Positions 8,830 through 16,600 of a stretch of DNA of 27,891 nucleotides are shown piece after piece. The stretch spans positions 1-27,891 of IMG/VR virus record IMGVR_UViG_3300024287_000138; one strand, 5' to 3'. The position numbers were made by a program, and so were the translations under genes. The stretch is from a virus. Lineage: Duplodnaviria; Caudoviricetes. The notes under the pieces were generated by a model. The model made no database searches. It saw only the letters and a list, made by a program, of their open reading frames with translations, and was not told where the DNA came from. Every line of letters starts with the position of its first letter. The stretch's first letter is position 1.

Positions 8830-9452
8830 ACGTCAATCGTCTCCTTCCCCAACTGCGCATCGATCTTCGCCAGCACCGACTTCATTTTCTCGCGCAGCTC
8901 CGTCAATCCCTCCTCCTCGCTCTTACCCTCCGGAAAATTCAGCGTGAAACCCGGCGACCCCAGCCGGTCCAGCACATCCACCGACGCAAACGCCTTCTCG
9001 AAATCCAGCTCAAACTCCAACTGCCCATTCCCAAGCCGCCTTTGCGCGTACTTCACCGCATCATACTCCCCAAACGGCCGCATCTCCCGCAGGTCCCGCA
9101 ACAGCGCGACCAACGGCTTCGGCGACATCATCATTACTTCCTTTGTGGCTACCTCCTCCAGTTTCCCCCCGGCTGTCTGCGGCTCAGCCATCCTGGCCCA
9201 TACCAACGCTGCTTCCGCGAGCTGCATATAAAGCCTCACCGTTCGCTCGCTGATGCGGCCGCCCGACTGCGCCTGGACGAACAGAGACCAGTCCCCATTC
9301 GGGCAGCTCTCACGCGCTCTGATGAAAAAGAATCCGGCTCGCATAACGTGTTCTCGCGCCTTCCGCCAGGCCGTCTTGAACAGTTCAGCTTCCTGCAGTC
9401 CGGATTCGAACCACTTCTGAGCAGAAGTCCGCGCGGGTCTCAATTGATTCAT
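8826..9452 (-). CDS. DUF3102-like phage protein
   Basis: AGFFFIRARESCPNGDWSLFV...ISERTVRLYMQLA matches the DUF3102 pattern seen in Mu-like early operons. Confidence 0.75.
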   Translation of the reverse strand: MNQLRPARTSAQKWFESGLQEAELFKTAWRKAREHVMRAGFFFIRARESCPNGDWSLFVQAQSGGRISERTVRLYMQLAEAALVWARMAEPQTAGGKLEEVATKEVMMMSPKPLVALLRDLREMRPFGEYDAVKYAQRRLGNGQLEFELDFEKAFASVDVLDRLGSPGFTLNFPEGKSEEEGLTELREKMKSVLAKIDAQLGKETIDV

Positions 9453-9461
9453 TGATTGCTT

Positions 9462-9683
9462 TCATGATTGGTCCCCAGCTCCGTTCTTTGGCTGTTTTCC
9501 TGCCGGGCTTTGCGCCTCCACCAATACCAGGCCCGATTTCTCCCATTCCGGCAATTGCCTCTCCACCGCCTGCCGGATGATCTCCGACGCCCCGATCCCG
9601 AACCGCTTTGATGCGCGCAAAATCCGCTTCCTCGTGTTTATCGGAAAGCGGACCGGCACCGGCATCGACAGCCTTCTATTCAT
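9462..9683 (-). CDS. Ribbon-helix-helix regulator (Ner/Cro-equivalent position)
   Basis: PVPVRFP-helix-GIGASEIIRQAVERQL is a CopG/Arc-like pattern; first gene of the early operon. Confidence 0.75.
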   Translation of the reverse strand: MNRRLSMPVPVRFPINTRKRILRASKRFGIGASEIIRQAVERQLPEWEKSGLVLVEAQSPAGKQPKNGAGDQS

Positions 9684-9779
9684 TGCGCTACCACGTATAT
9701 CAAAGCACTACGATGAACGTCAACAGAAAAAGTGAAATATATTTGCTTTTTTTGCTCTACCCTGCTATACAATCGCAAC
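9684..9779. promoter_or_regulatory. Divergent promoter/operator region (genetic switch)
   Basis: AT-rich; leftward TTGACG (9723-9718)-N18-TATACG (9699-9694); rightward TTGCTT (9743) and TACAAT (9768); GCNCTAC repeats at 9685, 9705, 9754. Confidence 0.65.
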
Positions 9780-10028
9780 ATGAGCTTAAATGCGGCTGTG
9801 GCAGTCAGGTTTGAGACTGACACCGCGACCCGTCTGGAAGCCGTGAGCAGGAGGTTCCGAATGCCCTCGGCTGTCCTTATTCGGATGGCGGTGGACAAGT
9901 TCCTGGACGAAGTTGAAAAGAGCGGGAAGCTGGAAGTGCCGGCGGCCTACCCAGGCCCAAAACCGGTAATTGTAGAACTCAACGAACGCGCGCGGAAGCG
10001 CCGCGCCTTGCTCCCCAAAAATATCTAA
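9780..10028 (+). CDS. Ribbon-helix-helix regulator (probable prophage repressor)
   Basis: Start reassigned to ATG 9780; AVAVRFE-helix-MPSAVLIRMAVDKFL; paralogous to 9462-9683. Confidence 0.72.
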   Translation: MSLNAAVAVRFETDTATRLEAVSRRFRMPSAVLIRMAVDKFLDEVEKSGKLEVPAAYPGPKPVIVELNERARKRRALLPKNI

Positions 10029-10142
10029 TTATACCTCGTTTCCGTTAGGCCGAAAATCCTCGTAACTACCTATCACTATAACAAACGACCGGCAATCCGT
10101 TGCCGATTTGAACTGCCTAAATGCGAGAAAGAATGAGTCAAA

Positions 10143-10424
10143 ATGGGATACAAACCACTCATAGATAGGCTCGCCAATTATCCGCGCCCTCTGCCAACCC
10201 ACCTGGTCCGACAGCTCGCCCGCGAGCAAATGGAAACCTTCAAGGCGGCCGGTATCAAGTTTGTCGAGTACCTCGGCGCAAATAACGACGAAGACGACTG
10301 CGAAGCCATCAAAGCCATGAAGAACGTAGCCGTGGAAATCCACTTCGCGCCCCTCCTGCCGCTACCTGGCTGTGACCGAAAATACTGCAAATGTATCCTC
10401 GGCGCATCCGAACGACAAAGATGA
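10143..10424 (+). CDS. Small protein resembling a stand-alone MuF/gp7 C-terminal metal-binding domain
   Basis: GIKFVEYLGANNDEDDC...PLLPLPGCDRKYCKC; ATGA overlap with the next gene. Confidence 0.55.
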   Translation: MGYKPLIDRLANYPRPLPTHLVRQLAREQMETFKAAGIKFVEYLGANNDEDDCEAIKAMKNVAVEIHFAPLLPLPGCDRKYCKCILGASERQR

Positions 10425-10882
10425 TTCAAGAAATCGCCTGGCTCCGCACCGAATGCCCAGCCTGCCGGCAGCCCATCGAAGTCGCCTCCGACACCGCTGC
10501 CCGCGGCATTGAATGTCCCTCCTGCGGCACCGGATTCGTTCCCGGCTCCAAGCCCCCCTCCAAGTTCAAACGCTTCCTCCGCGAATTCGACAAACGAATC
10601 ATTGCCCCCGAACAGCCCTCCAAGCCGATCCCCGTCAAATCCGAAGCCGATCGGATTGCAGGAACTGCAAATGCCGTCTCGTTTTTCGCCAAGCTCTGCT
10701 TCGCCGGCGTTGGCCTTTGTCTCATCCTGATAGCCTACGCTGGAGCCGACCCAAACTCCGGTCTTTCTGTGGGAGCCATTTTGTGGTTTGCCGCATCGCT
10801 ACTGACCTTCGGCCTGGTCCTCCTCTTTCTGTCCCAGCTAATCCACATCCGCGCCCTGCTCGAACGCCTCTCCGAAAAATAA
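10421..10882 (+). CDS. Zinc-ribbon membrane protein (2 TM)
   Basis: Start ATG 10421; CPAC...CPSC followed by two hydrophobic helices; co-oriented with the repressor (lysogenic cargo). Confidence 0.8.
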   Translation: MIQEIAWLRTECPACRQPIEVASDTAARGIECPSCGTGFVPGSKPPSKFKRFLREFDKRIIAPEQPSKPIPVKSEADRIAGTANAVSFFAKLCFAGVGLCLILIAYAGADPNSGLSVGAILWFAASLLTFGLVLLFLSQLIHIRALLERLSEK

Positions 10883-10883
10883 T

Positions 10884-11099
10884 CTCTGCGCTCTTCGCGT
10901 CTCTGCGGTTAATCCCACGCCTGACCTGAATAGCTTCAGCGACGGAGTGTCCGACTCCCCGTTCGACCCGGTCCGACTTCGTCCGACTTCGTCCGATTCT
11001 TACTTCTCACCTCGCCCCTCGCCCCTCTCACCTGTCACCTCCGTCCCCGCCCCGTCCGACCCGCTCTGCGTTCTCTGCGTTCTTTGCGGTTAAAATCCC
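10884..11099 (+). repeat. Intergenic cluster of several repeat families
   Basis: Family A at 10884-10912 and 11064-11093; GTCCGACTTC x3 at 10971-10999; CTCACCT/CGCCCCT 7-mers at 11006-11040. Confidence 0.9.
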
Positions 11100-11399
11100 G
11101 TTGAACATCTCTTGGCCATCTTCTCCTTCTTTTTCTCTAATTTAGACTCATAACTTTCCGCTGACCGTTCGCAGCGGTCAGCCTCAGCCCGCAATTCAGC
11201 GGGCCTGGTCTGATAATGCACTCAACCAAATGCGGGACCGACCGACAGCAGCGCGCCAGGCCAAAGCCGTCACTTATAGCTCCTCCAGCATCGTAGGCTT
11301 TGTCCTCTTCAATCCTAACGATGCACTCCGCCAGTCCCTTCCAACCCAACGCCGCTGTCCCGGTCGCGCTTGTAACTCTCAACTCCACAACTCTCAACC

Positions 11400-12077
11400 A
11401 TGAAAAACACTCTCCGTTCTCTGCGTTCTGCACCCCGAACACTTTCGGGGCTGCGGTTAATTCTCATCCTCTCTGCGCTCTTTGCGTTCTCTGCGGTTAT
11501 TCCCGTCTTCTCCCAGACCAGCACCAACCTCCTCTCCGACGGCCTGCCCGTCATGCCGCCCGACTTCCCCACCAACCAACTCCAGCAAATCGCCGGCGCC
11601 TCCGTCGTCGTCTCCAGCGCGCTCAACATGCTCCCCGCCTGGAACAAAAACCTTCCCTACTTCACCAACGCCCACGAGCTCGAACTCGAAATCTCGCCCA
11701 CCTGGAAATCCGCCACCGCCTCCGGCAGCACACCCTACGTCAGCTTCGGCGCTAATTACTTCATCACTCCAACCCTCGGCATCGGCGCCGACCTCATCAC
11801 ATTCGGCAACGGCACCGGAACCAGCGACCTCGACAGCGGCCACCTATTCGGCATCTTCAGAAAATCCGTCGGCAATATCGCCGGCCATCTGATGCTCGGC
11901 GGCGGCCGCGACAACAACCAGAACCTCTGGGTCGCCGAAGCCGGCGGCGGCATCGAATACCGCTACTCGACCGGCATCGGCATCCTCGTCGATACCCGCT
12001 ACGTCTACTATCCCTCGAGGACCGCGATCTCCGACCACGAATTCCTCACCCGCGTCGGCATCACCCTCCACTTCTAA
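11400..12077 (+). CDS. Exported outer-membrane beta-barrel protein
   Basis: Signal peptide ending PVFS-Q; about 8 amphipathic strands (VSFGANYF, LGIGAD, GGGIEYRY, LVDTRYVY); C-terminal beta-signal VGITLHF. Confidence 0.78.
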   Translation: MKNTLRSLRSAPRTLSGLRLILILSALFAFSAVIPVFSQTSTNLLSDGLPVMPPDFPTNQLQQIAGASVVVSSALNMLPAWNKNLPYFTNAHELELEISPTWKSATASGSTPYVSFGANYFITPTLGIGADLITFGNGTGTSDLDSGHLFGIFRKSVGNIAGHLMLGGGRDNNQNLWVAEAGGGIEYRYSTGIGILVDTRYVYYPSRTAISDHEFLTRVGITLHF

Positions 12078-12111
12078 CGATTCAACCATTTAACGATTTA
12101 ACCCTTTTAAC

Positions 12112-12729
12112 GTGCGCAGCGTACTGATTTTCGTCCCCGGCATCCTGACCTTCCCCGGTTCCGGCAAGAACTGGTCCGGACGCGCCGTCTCCTGGACCCA
12201 CAACCATTCCGGTGCTTGCGCCGAAAAGGTCGAATACTTCTGCGGCCCCATCGGACGCGCCTTCGGCCAGGTCGAACGCACCCGCAAACTCTTTCACACC
12301 ATCGACCAATACCGCGACGACTGGAAAATCACCCTCGTCGGCCACAGCAACGGCGCCGCCGTCATCCTCGGCCTCCTCGACTATCCCTGCCCGATCATCC
12401 ACTCCCTGCACCTCGTTTGCGGCGCCTGCGAATCATCCTTTCACGCCAACGGCCTCAACGCTCGTCTCCAGCACAACGCCATCGGCCACGTCTCCGTCTA
12501 TGTCGCCGCCAAAGACCTCGCCCTCGCCCTGGCCCACTCCTGGGCCGGCCGCCTCCTCGGCTACGGCACACTCGGCCTCCACGGCCCGCGCCACGTCTCC
12601 CCCATGGTTGCCAGCCGCGTCAAGACCATCACCTGGCCCGAGTTCGGCCATTCCGACTGCTGGTCCGACGACTTCCTCGACGAAACCCTCCAAAACTTTC
12701 TCCCACCCATCCGCCACTTCTCCGCATGA
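12112..12729 (+). CDS. Alpha/beta hydrolase
   Basis: IFVPGI oxyanion strand, GHSNG nucleophile elbow, KDLAL Asp, and GHSD His. Confidence 0.85.
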   Translation: MRSVLIFVPGILTFPGSGKNWSGRAVSWTHNHSGACAEKVEYFCGPIGRAFGQVERTRKLFHTIDQYRDDWKITLVGHSNGAAVILGLLDYPCPIIHSLHLVCGACESSFHANGLNARLQHNAIGHVSVYVAAKDLALALAHSWAGRLLGYGTLGLHGPRHVSPMVASRVKTITWPEFGHSDCWSDDFLDETLQNFLPPIRHFSA

Positions 12730-14246
12730 AACGCTATCTCCTATTGGCCATTCCTATCGCCTGTCTGGCCCTCTGCCTCGGCTTCGGAAACCTTCCTCCG
12801 TCTCCGCTGCCTCATCCGATTCTTCTTTCCCCAAAATCCCAGGAACAAAGCCTCAGCCTCGGCTCCCCCATGGCTCGCCCCTCGGCCCTCTCACCTCTCA
12901 CCTCTGCCCCTCCTCCCTCTCCCCTCGCCCTTCCCTCGGGCTTCCGCTTCACCGATAGCTTTTGCGCCGGCGGCCGTCTCAATCTCGCCTGGCAACAAGG
13001 CGACCCTCCCTTCCAGCTCCAATGCGCAAGCATCTTCTCCCCAAACAACTGGACAAACATCGGCGGCCCCATCCTCAACCGCTACGCCGCCATCTCCTTG
13101 ACTGGCAACGGCGGCCTCTCCGGTAACGCCTTCTTCCGCGTTCAATCCTCCGTCAGCCCCATTCTAGGAATCGGAACCTTCAATTCGCCGGAGAAGATCA
13201 TGGTCATGACCAATGGCACCTACGTATATCCGTACTCGGACGGCAGTTTCGCCCGGCTCGGAGTATGGACAAGCCTCACCGATTTCGTCGCCATCACCGT
13301 TCCCGGCTTCAGTGCCTTCCGCAATCCGACCTGCACGGTAGTGGGCGACAGGGTCATCATCGCCGACTCGACGATCAACGGCACCAACCGGCTCGCTGAA
13401 TACCAGCTCTCGGGCACTAACCTGACCACGGTGACGAATTTCGGCTTCGGCACGGCCAGCGGAACCGCCGCCTGCACGGTGAATGGTACCGCATTTGTCT
13501 TCTCGTTTCGGCCGAGCACCACCAATCATGTCTTTTTCACCTCCGTGATGCGCCAGGCCAACGGGACTTACAATGTCTCGGCGGAGTTCGACGAGGACTC
13601 GAGCACCGGGCAGACGCTATCCACGTTGATGACTGCCGTCGGCTACCACGGCTTGGCCTGGCTGTTCAATGTCGAGGATGGCGGCCAGTGCGTGAGCGTG
13701 AGCCAGTTCACGACCACCAATACGCTGCTCTTTTTCAAGCCGAATTTCATTTCCAGCGCCTCGGATCTCGGCCCTTCGGGAGAACTTCCCATCCCGACCT
13801 CGACCGTGGACACTTCAAACGACCGAATTCTCCTGGGATACGCAAGTTACCCCGAAGATATGACTTGCTGCGTAGGAGAAGGAGACTTCGACTGCAGTAT
13901 CGCCGGGCGCTCGTCCATCGTAAGCCTAACGGCAACCAATGATTTGAACGTTCAGAATAACGTCACTCTGTTGGGGACAACACCCTGGTGGGGATGGCAC
14001 TCCGATTATCCGCTCGTGAGCATGTTTCCACGATCGAGCAAAGTCGATACGGTAACGGAGAATGTGGTCATCGCCGGTTGCGATCGGAGCCAGATCGAGT
14101 TTCAGTTGGGCACATTTCAAGGAGGCATCTGCACCGGTGGCGCCGTGGTAGTTCAAGGCGCCAACGTGGACGTCGCCGGCTTTTCGTCCGACGGCTGGAT
14201 CGTCTATCGCTCAGCCGATCTCAAATACCGCCTCGCCAAATTCTGA
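12726..14246 (+). CDS. Large secreted beta-rich protein
   Basis: Start ATG 12726 (ATGA overlap); signal MKRYLLLAIPIACLALCLGFG; Pro/Ser linker; Thr/Ser/Gly/Asn-rich beta-strand body. Confidence 0.75.
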   Translation: MKRYLLLAIPIACLALCLGFGNLPPSPLPHPILLSPKSQEQSLSLGSPMARPSALSPLTSAPPPSPLALPSGFRFTDSFCAGGRLNLAWQQGDPPFQLQCASIFSPNNWTNIGGPILNRYAAISLTGNGGLSGNAFFRVQSSVSPILGIGTFNSPEKIMVMTNGTYVYPYSDGSFARLGVWTSLTDFVAITVPGFSAFRNPTCTVVGDRVIIADSTINGTNRLAEYQLSGTNLTTVTNFGFGTASGTAACTVNGTAFVFSFRPSTTNHVFFTSVMRQANGTYNVSAEFDEDSSTGQTLSTLMTAVGYHGLAWLFNVEDGGQCVSVSQFTTTNTLLFFKPNFISSASDLGPSGELPIPTSTVDTSNDRILLGYASYPEDMTCCVGEGDFDCSIAGRSSIVSLTATNDLNVQNNVTLLGTTPWWGWHSDYPLVSMFPRSSKVDTVTENVVIAGCDRSQIEFQLGTFQGGICTGGAVVVQGANVDVAGFSSDGWIVYRSADLKYRLAKF

Positions 14247-14248
14247 CC

Positions 14249-14677
14249 ATGCCCAAATTATTTTTCCTTCTCTCTGCGTTCTCTGCGTTCTTTGCGGTTA
14301 ATTCCTTCTCCGCATCGCCTCCCCTCCGCGATTTCCTCTCCCAACCGCGCTCCTTCCGTTGCGACTGGTGTGGCCTGGCCCAAACCAACCCGCCGATCGC
14401 CTGGTCCAGCTCCGGCGGCGCCGCCGATCGCCAGGACTTCACCCTCCAGCTCCGTTGCACCTGCGGCGTCACCAACAACCTTTCCATCATCCGCCACGTC
14501 CCGCCCGGCTCCGCCCGCGTCTCAGCCTTTCCTCTCGGACCCGGACCGCGGCTGTGGCGCAGCCCAGCCGCAGCGCATTCGTCTCAAAAAACCAAACTTC
14601 GTTCTCCCAAGATGAGCGAACTCTCATTCTTCCCTCGCACCTCTCACCTCGCACCTCTCACCTCGGCCCGTGGATAA
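14249..14677 (+). CDS. Small exported protein with CxxC...CxC
   Basis: Start ATG 14249; signal peptide MPKLFFLLSAFSAFFAVNSFSA; CDWC and CTC motifs. Confidence 0.6.
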   Translation: MPKLFFLLSAFSAFFAVNSFSASPPLRDFLSQPRSFRCDWCGLAQTNPPIAWSSSGGAADRQDFTLQLRCTCGVTNNLSIIRHVPPGSARVSAFPLGPGPRLWRSPAAAHSSQKTKLRSPKMSELSFFPRTSHLAPLTSARG

Positions 14678-15113
14678 ACTCGTCTCCATCAACATCGCCG
14701 GCTGGCTCGCCTGCCTTCTCTTCGTCATCGGCCTTGCCAACGGCCTCTTCAAGCTTCGCCGCTACCTCATCGGCGAACCGCCCGCTCCCTCCAACCCCGA
14801 GCTCGGCCTCACCCAGCGCGATCTCCGCGAACGCGTCGATACCCTCGAAGAAAACGTCGAAGCCGTCCGCGCCCAGACCGCCCGCGAACGCGAAGCCGAC
14901 CGCGTCTCCGCCACCGCCCGCTCCGCCGGCATCTACAAGAAAATCGACGAAGTCTCCGATCGCATGAATCAGAAAGTCGATAGCGTCGAACGCCGCCTCA
15001 CCGATGCCCAGCAACAGATGGAACGCCGACTCATCGACAAACATGAGCTCCTGCCCCAGAAAATCCTCGAACTCTTCGAGAATGTCTCCCGCCACCGATC
15101 CCATGAATCCTGA
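14670..15113 (+). CDS. Single-TM coiled-coil protein (Mu gp25-like position)
   Basis: N-terminal TM helix then a heptad-rich coiled coil; upstream of the gp26/gp27-like genes. Confidence 0.75.
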   Translation: MDKLVSINIAGWLACLLFVIGLANGLFKLRRYLIGEPPAPSNPELGLTQRDLRERVDTLEENVEAVRAQTAREREADRVSATARSAGIYKKIDEVSDRMNQKVDSVERRLTDAQQQMERRLIDKHELLPQKILELFENVSRHRSHES

Positions 15114-15537
15114 CCGCCCTAGCCATTTCAAAGTCCTCGTCGTCGACGACGACTCCGACTTCTGCGCCCTCATCAAGCGCGCCCTCGTCGCCGGCGGCTC
15201 CCACGTCGAAACCGTTTTCACCGCCGCCGATGCCGAAGCCAAATTCGTTCCGCCCTACGACCTCGTCATTCTCGACCTCAAACTCCCTGACAAACCCGGC
15301 CTCGAGGTCCTCCACCACATCCGCAAATTCTCCACCTCGCTGCCCGTCCTCATCGTCAGCGGCAGTTACAAATCTCCGGCGCTGCCCTTGGACCCCGCCA
15401 CTTTCTTTAGCGACAAACTCACCAACATCGACGCCCTCACCCGCGTCATTAACAACCACATCGAAAAACTCAAAACCTCGCACGACGCTCCCGATCCTCG
15501 TCCCTCGCCCCTCACACCTCTCACCTGTATCGCATGA
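15103..15537 (+). CDS. Stand-alone CheY-like response regulator receiver protein
   Basis: KVLVVDDD, YDLVILDLKLPDKPGLEVL, PVLIVSG, and a conserved Lys (SDKL); no output domain. Confidence 0.9.
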   Translation: MNPDRPSHFKVLVVDDDSDFCALIKRALVAGGSHVETVFTAADAEAKFVPPYDLVILDLKLPDKPGLEVLHHIRKFSTSLPVLIVSGSYKSPALPLDPATFFSDKLTNIDALTRVINNHIEKLKTSHDAPDPRPSPLTPLTCIA

Positions 15538-15791
15538 CCGACTCCCAAAAACTCCGCCACGAATGCCTGCTCTACCTCTACGGCTCCCGTCCGCTGGCCA
15601 TCTCCGCCGACCACATCCACCGCTCCAGCCGGCGCGATGGCGGCACTGACTTCGCCATTGCCGAGATCCGTGCCGAACTCGTTTTCCTCCTCGACGAAGG
15701 CCTCGTCGTCAAAATCACCGACACCGCCACCGGCGAGATCCGCTACCGCATCACCTCCAAAGGCTGCAACCACTGGGAAAACCGCGAATGA
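15534..15791 (+). CDS. Mu gp26-like winged-helix protein
   Basis: LRHECLLYL...EIRAELVFLLDEGLV...YRITSKG; directly before the gp27-like gene. Confidence 0.7.
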   Translation: MTDSQKLRHECLLYLYGSRPLAISADHIHRSSRRDGGTDFAIAEIRAELVFLLDEGLVVKITDTATGEIRYRITSKGCNHWENRE

Positions 15792-15976
15792 CTTGGGCCT
15801 CTGCCATTTGCTATTTGCTATCCGCTATTGGCTATTCCGCGGCGCGCCCTCTGCGCTCTTTGCGTTCTGCACCCCGAACACTTTCTGGGCTGCGGTTAAT
15901 TTCCGGTTCCGTCCTATCCCTCTCTGCGCTCTTCGCGTCTCTGCGGTTAAATCCTTTCCGTTCCCATGCGTCGTAG
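15788..15976 (+). other. Repeat-built linker mini-ORF (62 aa)
   Basis: ATGA overlap with the upstream stop; composed of TTTGCTA 7-mers and two family-A repeats; stop lies 11 nt into the next gene. Confidence 0.6.
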
Positions 15977-16541
15977 AACCGGCAAAATCGCCACCCTCCC
16001 CAAAGTCCTGCGCGACCAGGTCAACGCCATGCTCCGCGACGGCATCTCCTACGCGCGCATCGAACTCTGGCTCACCGAACAGGGTCATCCCGGCGTCAAC
16101 TCCGAAAACATCTCCCACTGGTACAAAGGCTCCGGCGCTCCCGAAGACGGCTCCGGCTATCAGGACTGGCTCAACGACCAGGTCCGCCTCGACGACCTCC
16201 GCATCAAACGCGAAGCCGCCATGGACTTCGTCAAACAAACCCAAGGCTCCGACCTCCAGGAAGCCGCCCTCCAGCTCGCCGCCTCCCACGCCTACGAAAT
16301 TTTCCTCGAAGTCGATCCCAAGGACGTCGCCGCCAGGTTCAAGGAAAACCCGGAACTGATCGCCCCGCTCGTCAACGCCACCGCCCGCGGCTTCGGCGAG
16401 AGCCTCAAATTCCAGCGCTACCGCGACGACGTCCAGCGCCGCAAAGAAACCATCCAGCGCGAACTCGACCAGGCCAAAGGTAAAGGCGGCATCACCCCCG
16501 AAACCCTCCACCGCATCGAACAGGAACTGAACTTACTATGA
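15966..16541 (+). CDS. Mu gp27-like protein (DUF3486; probable terminase small subunit)
   Basis: RRRTGKIATLPKVLRDQVNAMLRDGISY N-terminus and GITPETLHRIEQELNLL C-terminus; precedes the terminase large subunit. Confidence 0.8.
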   Translation: MRRRTGKIATLPKVLRDQVNAMLRDGISYARIELWLTEQGHPGVNSENISHWYKGSGAPEDGSGYQDWLNDQVRLDDLRIKREAAMDFVKQTQGSDLQEAALQLAASHAYEIFLEVDPKDVAARFKENPELIAPLVNATARGFGESLKFQRYRDDVQRRKETIQRELDQAKGKGGITPETLHRIEQELNLL

Positions 16542-16600
16542 TCTTTTCCTCCTCTGCGTTCTCTGCGTTCTCTGCGGTTAATTCCTTCTTCCCCGAGTGA
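16538..16600 (+). other. Repeat-built linker mini-ORF (MIFSSSAFSAFSAVNSFFPE)
   Basis: ATGA overlap with the gp27-like stop and GTGA overlap with the terminase start; contains a perfect family-A repeat at 16552-16581. Confidence 0.65.

Noticed and set aside
11155-11305. tRNA gene
   Set aside because: Several stems are present, but there is no cloverleaf spacing or T-loop GTTCRA consensus.
12216-12725. N-terminal 170 aa of the 676-aa ORF
   Set aside because: Overlaps the hydrolase in another frame; the real start is ATG 12726 with a signal peptide and ATGA coupling.
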